Below the pieces are notes generated by a model. The model saw nothing but the letters and a program-made list of their open reading frames with translations, was not told the origin of the DNA and did not search any database. DNA of 64,000 nucleotides from Vulcanimicrobiales bacterium. Its GTDB lineage: Bacteria; Vulcanimicrobiota; Vulcanimicrobiia; Vulcanimicrobiales; Vulcanimicrobiaceae. Position numbers and translations under genes: made by a program. Shown here piece after piece: positions 39,457 to 48,486 of this stretch. The stretch covers positions 388,988 to 452,987 of the forward strand of contig JBBRLI010000001.1 in NCBI GenBank assembly GCA_038231455.1. The letters run 5' to 3'. Position 1 is the first letter of the stretch. Each line of letters opens with the position of its first letter.

Positions 39457-41018
39457 TGCCGAGCCGTACACATCACGCGACCGCCAACACCTCGAGCCGA
39501 AAGGCGCAGTTCGTTTGCTCGGCAATCGCGATGCTTGCAATTTCTACACCGGCGCTTGCGACGCCGGAGTTCACAGCCGCCTTTGCGGAGCATCCGTACA
39601 CGTTCGCAACGCCGTGCGATCCCGCCAAACCCGTCATCTTCGTCAATATCGTTCTCCGAAACAGCACGGACGCTCCGACCGGTCCGGTTCATATTTTCGC
39701 CGAGGACGGCAGGCGTGCGTTCGAAGGCGACCTGAGGTTGCCGCACGTCTCAGCCCATGCGGACGTCCCGGTAGCCGTCGCACTCCATCGCACAACCTCG
39801 AGCGCCGGACCGCTCGCCGGAACGCATCCGATCGCCGTGACGGTCGACCGCGCGGGAAGCGGCGGTAAAGAGCACTTGACGCCGCTCGACGTCGCGATCC
39901 CCGCAACGTTCTGCATTCCCGCAGTCGCGACGCACACGACCGCCCCGGGCGCGGGCACCATGTCAGTAACGCCCGTACGAACACATGTTCCGATCGGACT
40001 TCTCGTCACGCCGACGCCGTTGCCCAACGTCGGGGATAACGCAGCGAAAGTCGCAAATCTCTCGGTTCTCGCGCGCCCGGCCGTCCCCACCAGCGTGCGA
40101 AATGTAACCGTTGCGACCGACTGCGGCTCGCACGTTGGCGCGCTCGGCTCACTCACGTGTCCGGCGATGATTGCCTCTGGCGATTTGCTCTTGGTCTGGG
40201 ATTGGAAAGGCGAGGGCGGACTTACCGATATCGATGGCTACCGTATCTATCGGGTCGACTCGGGGCTTAAAGCGCTCGTTGGAACGCGATCGAACAGCAA
40301 AGACCTCACGCTCTTCGACATCGCACCGCCCACCGGAGGCTATAGCGGAAAATGTTACGCGATAAGCGCGTATACGACGAAGGCAGAGTCCGAACTCAGC
40401 TCCGCATTCTGCGCATCGGGTGGATCGGTTGCGAAGACCGTTCGCTTACGGGCGTTCCAATCGCGTTCGTCCACGAAGAGCCATGCCAATTCTGGAAACC
40501 CGATATTCTCCGGCTCATATGTAAAGATCAACATGCCTGCGCCCACAAATGTAATCGTGGGTTACGCGTATGCATTCGAAGAGCATACCTTCGGCGATAG
40601 TGTCGCCAATATGATCTATCGCGGGGCCGTCGCGTTCGATGTCTCAGACCTTGCGAAGCGGCGTCTGGTTTCCGCACGACTTCATCTCCAGATCGCAGAC
40701 TCGAAATGCAAGGACTGCGTGAGGGCGGGTGGCGATCCCGTTGGCAATAACTACTCGTGCACTACGAGCATCCGCTCGGGGACGGAGTTTTGGTGGCGCA
40801 ATACCGATTGGATTGAAGTTCGATCCGCCTCAATCGAGCCGAACGATGTCGGTCCCGACATCTCGGCCGACGTCACCAATCTTGTCGCCTCGTGGATGGC
40901 GGGCGAACCGAATTATGGATTCGTCCTCATCAATAACGACGAACGACTGGGCGTTGCCTTAAACAAACAATGTCAGACGTCGTATAGCAATCCCGTTCTC
41001 GAAATCACTTATTATTAA
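39456..41018 (+). CDS. Secreted multidomain protein, paralog 2 (tandem duplicate)
   Basis: Aligns end to end by eye with 37915-39456. Start overlaps the upstream stop. Confidence 0.7.
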   Translation: MPSRTHHATANTSSRKAQFVCSAIAMLAISTPALATPEFTAAFAEHPYTFATPCDPAKPVIFVNIVLRNSTDAPTGPVHIFAEDGRRAFEGDLRLPHVSAHADVPVAVALHRTTSSAGPLAGTHPIAVTVDRAGSGGKEHLTPLDVAIPATFCIPAVATHTTAPGAGTMSVTPVRTHVPIGLLVTPTPLPNVGDNAAKVANLSVLARPAVPTSVRNVTVATDCGSHVGALGSLTCPAMIASGDLLLVWDWKGEGGLTDIDGYRIYRVDSGLKALVGTRSNSKDLTLFDIAPPTGGYSGKCYAISAYTTKAESELSSAFCASGGSVAKTVRLRAFQSRSSTKSHANSGNPIFSGSYVKINMPAPTNVIVGYAYAFEEHTFGDSVANMIYRGAVAFDVSDLAKRRLVSARLHLQIADSKCKDCVRAGGDPVGNNYSCTTSIRSGTEFWWRNTDWIEVRSASIEPNDVGPDISADVTNLVASWMAGEPNYGFVLINNDERLGVALNKQCQTSYSNPVLEITYY

Positions 41019-41029
41019 TGGGAGATCAC

Positions 41030-41557
41030 ATGAAAATCCGAAACGTTGCAAAGGTGTTCACGATGCTGTTGGCATTTTTGCTCGGAGGCAACGCGCTTCT
41101 TGCCAATGCTGCTCCAACGCCGGTCCCTGGCGGAGCGAATCAAACCACTGGCGTGAGCGGCTCGATGTCGCAGACGCTCTTTAACGGGACGCTTCGCATC
41201 AAGGCAATGTCTTTAAAAGACGCACAGCCGGACGACCACATCCGACCGAATGCCCCAACCGAACGCGCGCTCGTTTTTCGCACGATCGTCAGCAACGGAA
41301 CCAAACACGAGAATCACGGCTATTTCGACGCGTCGCTGGCGGACGCTGACGGCATTACCATAGCTGGCCGACCACTCGATGGCGGCTGGAGCTTAGAGCC
41401 GGGCGCGGCAACGCATGCCATTATGGGGTTCTCGGTTCCCAGTACTTTCGTGCCCGTCCGCTTGGTGCTGATCCAAGCCGCAAAGTCGAAACCGGTTGCA
41501 TTTCGCGTCGCCGTGCGGCCAAGTGACGTAGCTCCGGCTCCGATACCAAGCCCATAA
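41030..41557 (+). CDS. Hypothetical secreted Ig-like protein
   Basis: GGAG RBS, signal peptide and LADADG...LEPGA...FSVP pattern. Confidence 0.6.
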   Translation: MKIRNVAKVFTMLLAFLLGGNALLANAAPTPVPGGANQTTGVSGSMSQTLFNGTLRIKAMSLKDAQPDDHIRPNAPTERALVFRTIVSNGTKHENHGYFDASLADADGITIAGRPLDGGWSLEPGAATHAIMGFSVPSTFVPVRLVLIQAAKSKPVAFRVAVRPSDVAPAPIPSP

Positions 41558-41600
41558 TCGACTTCAAAGTGAAACCGAGGTAGCGGTCACTCCGAGAGAA

Positions 41601-41645
41601 CGAAACGCACCCTTGCTTTTGACCGTTTGCAAGGTGTGCGTTTTG
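41601..41645 (+). terminator. Probable terminator hairpin after the secreted-protein operon
   Basis: aaacgcacccttgc ... gcaaggtgtgcgtttt. Confidence 0.5.
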
Positions 41646-41717
41646 TCTCTCCGATAGGCCCCGCCGTATCAATTCCCAGGCATCGGCGCGCAAACCCACG
41701 AAAATTTTGCGCCTACG

Positions 41718-44153
41718 ATGAATAACCGCGCCTTTGGCGAGTTACTGCGCGACTTTCGATTCGCGGCGGGTCTTTCACAAGAGCAGCTTGCTGAGCGCGC
41801 GCGGTTGAGTCCCGGCGCGATCAGCAGTCTCGAGCGCGCCGCGCGCCGCGCGCCACAACACCAAACGCTTGGGCTTTTGACGGAAGCACTTCGTCTCAAC
41901 GAACACGAACGAGCGTTGCTCGAAGCAGCCGCTCAAGCCGGGCGCCATCGTACGGTACGCGGCGCGGCCGCGATCGACAAACACCATCATAACCTTCCGA
42001 CCCCACTGACGTCGTTTCACGGCCGAAGCGCCGAAGTCGCCGGGCTCGCACGGCTCATGGAGTCACGTCGACTGATCACCCTACTCGGAGCGGGCGGCGT
42101 CGGGAAGACGCGCTTGGCGCTCGAGTCCGCTCGCTCGCAAACGACGACATCGGTTTTCAGCGACGGGGTGCGGTTTGTCGACCTCGCCTCGCTCGGCGCG
42201 CCGCAACTCGTCGGGGGCGCGATCGCTCGTCTGCTCGACGTGCGCGAAGCGGTAAACGTGCCGCTCATGGATACGCTCGTTGCAGCTATCGCCGAGAAGC
42301 GCATTCTGCTAGTGTTCGACAACTGCGAGCACGTCCTCGAGGAGTGTGCGGTCGTTGCCGAACGCCTCTCGAGGACATGTCCCAATGTCACCGTGCTCGC
42401 AACGACCCGCGAAGCGCTCCGCATCGATGGCGAATGCGTCGTCCGCGTCGAGCCCTTAGATTGCGAAGATGGTCCAAACTCTGCACCGGCAGTCGATCTC
42501 TTCATCGATCGGCTCGCTGAGGCCGACTATGCGCGATACGCTCACTTGACAGGCGAAGACCGCGTGCAGGCAGTCGCTATCTGCAAACGGCTCGACGGCA
42601 TCCCCCTTGCAATCGAGCTTGCCGCCGGACGAGCGCGCGATCTCGGACTCGCGCAGATTCTCGCCGGTTTGGACGAACGATTCACGTTGCTTGCCCAGGG
42701 CCGCCGGACGGCGAGCCCGCGTCATCATACCTTGCGCGGGACGATCGACTGGAGTTTTGCCTTACTCACGGAGTCAGAACGGATGCTCTTTGCACGATTA
42801 GGCATCTTCGCGCAGGCATTCACCCCCGAGGCAGCAGCCGACGTTTGCTCCGACGATCTCGTAAGCGTTCGGGACGGTCTGGCGGCATTGATCGGAAAGT
42901 CACTTGTAACCGTTGTAGAAAACGCTCAGGGTCGGTTACGATATCGACTGATCGAAACGATGCGTGCCTATGCACTGGATCGACTCCGCGAGAGCGGCGA
43001 TTTTGATGCGTCCGCGCGGCGCTTCGCACAGTACTTTCGTTCCCTCGCCGTTGCCGCCGACGCGCGCTTCGGCCGCATATCCAATCGCGATTTTCTCGCA
43101 CTGGTCGAATCGGATCTCGACAATTTTCGGGCCGCGCTCGATTGGACGTTGGCACAACGTGGCGATCCCGCACTCGGTGCAGAACTCGCCGGCGCGCTCG
43201 GTTGGGTCTACCGGCAAAGTTCGCTCTTCGCCGAGGGCGCACGTTGGTGCGAACGTGCGCTTGCGGACAACGACCGGCTCGACGCTTCGATCGCCGGGCG
43301 CTTGCACATGGCGCTTAGCTTCTTTTTCTTCAATATGGGTGAAATGACGCGGTCGCTCGATTCTGCCGCACGAGCAACCGCGCTGTACGAGAACGTCACG
43401 GCGCAATCGGAGTTGGCCTGGTCGCTCGCTCAAGAGGCAAATTGCCTGTACCTTCTTGGCCGCATCGAGGATTCGCGCATGAAAGCGCAAAGCGCGGTTG
43501 CGGTCGCGCAACAAAAGTCAGACACGCTGCGCCTTGCCGGCGCACTCAACGCGCTAGCCCTAACCATTCCGATCGAGCACGTCGCCGCGCGTTTCGAGGC
43601 ATTGGAAGAGTCGATCCGTTGCTACCGCGCCGCGGGCGATGAGGGCGCGATCGTGCCGCTCGCAAATCTCGCAGAAACGCACTTTGCGATCGGGAATTTC
43701 GATTCGGCGCTGACCTACGGCCGCGAAGTCGTTGAGATTACCCGCGGGAAACAAGAGCGTTCCAACCTCGCCGCCGCACTGACGAACGTGGCCGCGTACG
43801 CCCTTGCTCTGGGCGAGGTCGACGAAGCCGCGCGCGCCGCACAGGAAGCGCTCGCGCTTGTCCGCGACTTAGGAAAAACGCTGTACGCGATGTGCGCGAT
43901 CCAGCATATGGGAACGGTCGCCGCTCGGATAGGCGATTTTGTTCGTTCCGCTCGGTTGAGCGGTGCATCGAATCGACTGTACGCCGAGTTTGGCATGCAA
44001 CGAGAATTCACCGAGGAATCGCTGTATAACAGTACGCTCTCAGAGATCGAACGCGCACTCGGCATCGAGCTACGCGACAAACATTTTGCGGAGGGCGGTG
44101 TCATGTCGCTCGACGCGGCGTTCGATGAAGCACTCACCGTTCAGATGACTTGA
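41718..44153 (+). CDS. XRE-HTH + STAND (NB-ARC-like) ATPase + TPR regulator
   Basis: GLSQEQLAERA HTH, GAGGVGKT Walker A, LVFDNCEH Walker B, LDGIPLAIELAA and TPR-like C-terminus. Confidence 0.88.
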   Translation: MNNRAFGELLRDFRFAAGLSQEQLAERARLSPGAISSLERAARRAPQHQTLGLLTEALRLNEHERALLEAAAQAGRHRTVRGAAAIDKHHHNLPTPLTSFHGRSAEVAGLARLMESRRLITLLGAGGVGKTRLALESARSQTTTSVFSDGVRFVDLASLGAPQLVGGAIARLLDVREAVNVPLMDTLVAAIAEKRILLVFDNCEHVLEECAVVAERLSRTCPNVTVLATTREALRIDGECVVRVEPLDCEDGPNSAPAVDLFIDRLAEADYARYAHLTGEDRVQAVAICKRLDGIPLAIELAAGRARDLGLAQILAGLDERFTLLAQGRRTASPRHHTLRGTIDWSFALLTESERMLFARLGIFAQAFTPEAAADVCSDDLVSVRDGLAALIGKSLVTVVENAQGRLRYRLIETMRAYALDRLRESGDFDASARRFAQYFRSLAVAADARFGRISNRDFLALVESDLDNFRAALDWTLAQRGDPALGAELAGALGWVYRQSSLFAEGARWCERALADNDRLDASIAGRLHMALSFFFFNMGEMTRSLDSAARATALYENVTAQSELAWSLAQEANCLYLLGRIEDSRMKAQSAVAVAQQKSDTLRLAGALNALALTIPIEHVAARFEALEESIRCYRAAGDEGAIVPLANLAETHFAIGNFDSALTYGREVVEITRGKQERSNLAAALTNVAAYALALGEVDEAARAAQEALALVRDLGKTLYAMCAIQHMGTVAARIGDFVRSARLSGASNRLYAEFGMQREFTEESLYNSTLSEIERALGIELRDKHFAEGGVMSLDAAFDEALTVQMT

Positions 44154-44184
44154 TTGGCAACGATCGATTCCATCGACCTTCGTG

Positions 44185-45354
44185 TTATTCGTTCGACCAG
44201 TAGTCCTTGAGGGCTTTACCGCGCGAGGGATGCCGGAGTTTCCGTAGCGCCTTCGCTTCGATCTGCCGAATGCGTTCGCGCGTAACGCCGAACTCTTGTC
44301 CGACTTCTTCGAGCGTGCGCTGGTGGCCGTCTTCGAGACCGAACCGCAGCACGAGCACTTTTCGCTCGCGTTCGGTAAGGTTTTTTAAGACGTCCGCCAT
44401 CTTCTCTTTAAGCAACATGACCGAGGCGGCTTCCGCCGGTGCGACGGCTTCCTGGTCTTCGATGAAGTCGCCAAGATGCGAGTCTTCTTCTTCACCGATC
44501 GGCGTCTCGAGCGAGATCGGTTCTTGCGAAATCTTGATGACTTCGCGCACCTTCTCGGGCGTCAGGCCCATTTCGGCGGCGATTTCTTCAACCGAAGGAT
44601 CGCGACCGAATTCTTGGAGCAGCTGACGCGAGATTTTGATCAGGCGATTGATCGTCTCGACCATATGGACCGGAATACGAATGGTGCGCGCCTGATCGGC
44701 GAGCGCCCGCGTAATCGCCTGACGGATCCACCAGGTCGCGTAGGTCGAGAATTTGTAGCCTTTGCGGTAATCGAATTTCTCAACCGCACGGATCAACCCG
44801 AGATTGCCTTCTTGAATGAGATCCAAGAAGAGCATGCCGCGGCCAACGTACTTTTTCGCAATCGATACGACGAGGCGAAGGTTGGCTTCGGTCAGGCGGC
44901 GTTTGGCTTCGTCGCCTTCATAGATGACGGAACTGCGGCCGGTGCCATTTTTAAGCAGCTCTTTCTCGCCGGCTTCGATGGCCATCGCGAGCGTCTTCTC
45001 ATCTTCCATCGAGAGGAGCGGAACGCGGCCGATCTCTTTGAGATACATCCGGACCGGATCGTCGAGCGCAAGACCTGCGGGCACGACATGCTCGGTCTCT
45101 TCTGAGGCCTCGGCTTCCGGCTTTTCTTCCTTTGCCTGCTCTTCTACGATCTCGATGCCCATCGCGGCGATCTCTTCGAAGAGGTCGTCGACGCGTTCGG
45201 GACTGACGTCTTCGGCATTGTCGAAAACGGCGTTGATTTCTTCATACGTGAGCGAGCCGCGCTTCTTGCCGCGCTCGGTCAGCTTTTTGATCAGCTCTTC
45301 GAGCGGGATCTGCGGTGCATCGGTCGTTGCCGCTGCGGATTTTTTGCGTGCCAT
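44185..45354 (-). CDS. rpoD: RNA polymerase primary sigma factor
   Basis: [23 protein letters not shown] and [12 protein letters not shown] motifs. Strong GGAGGTGA RBS. Confidence 0.97.
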   Translation of the reverse strand: MARKKSAAATTDAPQIPLEELIKKLTERGKKRGSLTYEEINAVFDNAEDVSPERVDDLFEEIAAMGIEIVEEQAKEEKPEAEASEETEHVVPAGLALDDPVRMYLKEIGRVPLLSMEDEKTLAMAIEAGEKELLKNGTGRSSVIYEGDEAKRRLTEANLRLVVSIAKKYVGRGMLFLDLIQEGNLGLIRAVEKFDYRKGYKFSTYATWWIRQAITRALADQARTIRIPVHMVETINRLIKISRQLLQEFGRDPSVEEIAAEMGLTPEKVREVIKISQEPISLETPIGEEEDSHLGDFIEDQEAVAPAEAASVMLLKEKMADVLKNLTERERKVLVLRFGLEDGHQRTLEEVGQEFGVTRERIRQIEAKALRKLRHPSRGKALKDYWSNE

Positions 45355-45416
45355 GGTTGTTCCATCACCTCCCTTCAAATTTTCGTCGACGGGCATTCTC
45401 AGTTGAGACGGAGGGT

Positions 45417-47195
45417 TTATCCTTTCAATTTGGCCGTTAGAGCGGCCAGCTCATCGCGTAACTCGTGTGGCACGGGCTGACCCGCCTCGTAGAGTTCCGT
45501 TATTGTCTTATCGACTTCTCGACGGCGAATTTCATCGTCGCCGCGCCGAAGCCGGACTTTCACTTGGTTCAACAACTCGCGACGCGAATCGGTGTCGACG
45601 AAGCGTCGCGTGGCCGACCGCTCGCTCCCACCGAGTGCCGCGAGGGTTGCGGAGGCGTTTTGATCCTCGGCAAAGAGCGCAAGCACGTCGCCCGTCGTGG
45701 AAAGTCCGGAGACATTCGCACAGATGACTTCGTAGATGCGCCGTAAACCCGCGCTGGCAAACCGATCGGGTGTGATTGCGCTTGCATACTCGGCGATGAG
45801 CGCCGGTTCTTCGAGAGCAATCGCGATCACGTCGCGTTCGAACGTGGGGGCTTCGAGCGTAACGGCCGCGTGACGCGTGAATCCGGCACCGCCCCGGGGG
45901 GCAAAGTGCGCCGAATTGTACACCAGGCGGCTCTTCCGCAAATCGTCGACGTTGACGCCAAGGCGTCCGGCGACGTAGACGCGCCAGCGGTCCCACTCTT
46001 CACGCGGGGAGAGATCGTGAACGATCTCCTCCGCCTTTCGTGCGACGTCCGCCGGCCGGTCGAATCCCGGGCGGATCCCCTCGATCGCAAGATCGAGTTT
46101 GTACTGCACGGCCGGAATTGCTTTTCTCAGCAAGTCCGTGAAGGCAGCGTTTCCGCGGTTGCGGACGTAGGTATCCGGATCCTCGCCTTGCGGCAAGGGG
46201 ACGACCTGGCCCACGCACCCCGCCTCCCTCAACACCTCAAGAGACTTGGCGGTTGCGCTGCGTCCGGCGCCGTCGGCATCGAAGCACAAATACACGTTCG
46301 ACGTGACTTTTTTGAGCTCGCGCGCCTGTTCGGGCGTGAACGCCGTCCCAAGCGAGGCAACGGCATTACCGAAGCCCGCTTGGTGCAGCGCGATGCAATC
46401 GAGGTACCCTTCGACAACAATCATCGCATCGGCGGTGGCGGCGGCGCGGCGCGCAAGGTTCATCGCATAGAGGAAGCGGCCCTTGGTGTAGACGGGCGTC
46501 GTTGAGGTATTCAGGTATTTGGGTTCTTTATCACCAAGCGCGCGGCCGCCAAACGCGATCGTTTCGCCCGTGCTTGCATACGTGGGCACCATCAGGCGCT
46601 CGCGATAAAAGTCGCGATAGCCGCCGCGCTGATTCTCGCGCACGAGCCCCGCGCGCTGAGCGACGGGCATCGGGACGTTCTCGCGCTGGAGCTCGCGCAC
46701 GAGATTTTCCCAGCCCTCGGGTGCATAGCCGAGCTTGAATCGCTCGATCATCTCGCGCGTAATGCCGCGCTTTTCTGCATACGCGCGTCCGGTCGCACCC
46801 GATGCCTCGATCATCAAGACGCGATGGAAGTAGGCTGCGGCGATCTCGTTTGCATGATAGATCGCTTCTTTTTCGGAGCGCGCGCGCGCGGCGGCCGGAT
46901 TCTCCGGTTCGAGTTCGACGTTCGCGCGTTTCGCGAGGATCCGCAGTGCGTCCATGAAGGGGACACTCTCGTGTTCCATTACAAAGGTGATCACGTCGCC
47001 GGTTTTTCCGCAACCGAAACACTTGTAGAATCCGCGATCGGGGTGCACGCGAAACGAGGGCGTCTTCTCGCCGTGAAACGGGCAGAGACCCACAAGATCG
47101 CTATTGACTTTGCGAAGCGTTACGACCGCACCGATGTATTCGCCGATATCGATCCGGGATAAAATCTCGCGTTTGACACCGTCGTCGATGCGCAC
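45417..47195 (-). CDS. dnaG: DNA primase
   Basis: [11 protein letters not shown]...CFGC zinc finger, KYLN, VEGYLD, FDADGAG and DPD motifs. Confidence 0.96.
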   Translation of the reverse strand: MRIDDGVKREILSRIDIGEYIGAVVTLRKVNSDLVGLCPFHGEKTPSFRVHPDRGFYKCFGCGKTGDVITFVMEHESVPFMDALRILAKRANVELEPENPAAARARSEKEAIYHANEIAAAYFHRVLMIEASGATGRAYAEKRGITREMIERFKLGYAPEGWENLVRELQRENVPMPVAQRAGLVRENQRGGYRDFYRERLMVPTYASTGETIAFGGRALGDKEPKYLNTSTTPVYTKGRFLYAMNLARRAAATADAMIVVEGYLDCIALHQAGFGNAVASLGTAFTPEQARELKKVTSNVYLCFDADGAGRSATAKSLEVLREAGCVGQVVPLPQGEDPDTYVRNRGNAAFTDLLRKAIPAVQYKLDLAIEGIRPGFDRPADVARKAEEIVHDLSPREEWDRWRVYVAGRLGVNVDDLRKSRLVYNSAHFAPRGGAGFTRHAAVTLEAPTFERDVIAIALEEPALIAEYASAITPDRFASAGLRRIYEVICANVSGLSTTGDVLALFAEDQNASATLAALGGSERSATRRFVDTDSRRELLNQVKVRLRRGDDEIRRREVDKTITELYEAGQPVPHELRDELAALTAKLKG

Positions 47196-47255
47196 GTTTG
47201 TTCGATTCGACGCGCGCGCCCGGGCAACTTGTGGATAAATGGCGAACGCCGACTC

Positions 47256-48476
47256 GTGGCCCAAGCCAAACGGATCTTCGATCCGATCCACCACTTCATC
47301 GAACTCGATCCGGGTGAGAGCGAACTGCTCGGTGCACCGGCGCTGCAGCGATTGCGGCGGCTGCGTCAGCTCGGGCTTGCGTATTTGGCCTATCCCTCGG
47401 CCGAGCACTCGCGCTTCTCACATGCGCTCGGAGCACTCGCGGTGGGAACGCGCGCGCTCGATGCGATCTACCGCAATTCGCCGGACGCCTTCGAGGACGT
47501 GCACGATTTTGAAGCACAACGGCGGCTCCTGCGCGCGGCGCTCCTCTTACACGACATCGGCCACGGGCCGTTCAGCCACGCGTGCGAGTCTGTCCTCGGC
47601 GTCCGCCACGAGTTACGCACGGAGCAAATTCTTGCGCTGCCCGAAATCGCGGAGCGGCTCGATGCGCTGAGTCTCGACCGGCGCGACGTGGTAAATCTCA
47701 TCGTTGGCGGAGGCGGCGACGATCGCTATCCGATCCTGCGAGAACTGGTGCGAGGGCCCAACCTCGACGCCGATCGCATGGATTATCTCTTGCGCGATTC
47801 GTATTTCACGGGCGTTTCGAACGGCAGCTACGACGTCGAGCAGTTGATCGTCTCGCTGCGCGCGTACGACGTGAATGGGAAGCGCGAACTCGGCGTCGAC
47901 GGCCGCGGCGTCGTTGCGCTCGAATCATTCGTGCTGGCGCGCTACATGATGTTCGCCGTCGTCTATTTCCACCACACGACCCGCATGTTCGAGCGCGTGC
48001 TGCAAGACTGGCTGCGCGAACTGTGGCCCGATCCGCGCCGCCTCGATGACATCGGCGAGTTCTTGGAGTGGGATGACTTTCGCGTCGTCGATTCGATTCG
48101 CGGAGCCGCATCGGATGCAGCGCGCGCGCTGCGCGACCGGCGCACGCTCTACGGCTTGGCCTCGGAATTCAACGCTGAGAGCGACCTGCTCACGTTCGAT
48201 GCCTGTAACCATGCGCTGCGCGAGCGCTACGGCGATGCGGTGTGGAGCGACTCGCAGGAGCAGTTGCTGCACCGCTTGCCCCTGGGCGCCGACAACGACG
48301 ATCCCACCGTCTACGTCGGACTGACCGGACGCATCGTGGATGCGCGTGAGGCCTCCGATTTGATTCGACGGCTCAGCGGCAAAGCGTACTGGCGCAAACT
48401 CTTCGTCGACAAGCGCGTCGCGCGCACGGATGATGCGCGTGCGATCTGCCGGGAAATTATCGGCCGAGCGCTGTAA
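47256..48476 (+). CDS. HD-domain phosphohydrolase (SAMHD1/dNTPase-like)
   Basis: QRLRRLRQLG, HSRFSH, LLHDIGHGPFSH, DADRMDYLLRD and VYFH motifs. Confidence 0.88.
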   Translation: MAQAKRIFDPIHHFIELDPGESELLGAPALQRLRRLRQLGLAYLAYPSAEHSRFSHALGALAVGTRALDAIYRNSPDAFEDVHDFEAQRRLLRAALLLHDIGHGPFSHACESVLGVRHELRTEQILALPEIAERLDALSLDRRDVVNLIVGGGGDDRYPILRELVRGPNLDADRMDYLLRDSYFTGVSNGSYDVEQLIVSLRAYDVNGKRELGVDGRGVVALESFVLARYMMFAVVYFHHTTRMFERVLQDWLRELWPDPRRLDDIGEFLEWDDFRVVDSIRGAASDAARALRDRRTLYGLASEFNAESDLLTFDACNHALRERYGDAVWSDSQEQLLHRLPLGADNDDPTVYVGLTGRIVDAREASDLIRRLSGKAYWRKLFVDKRVARTDDARAICREIIGRAL

Positions 48477-48486
48477 CCTTTGCCTC

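Noticed and set aside
37915-41018. Diversity-generating retroelement template/variable repeat pair
   Set aside because: No reverse transcriptase in the window. Similarity spans whole genes, and the differences do not look adenine-specific.
41718-44153. Avs/NLR-type antiphage system
   Set aside because: The N-terminus is an HTH rather than a nuclease or other effector, and there are no defence genes nearby.
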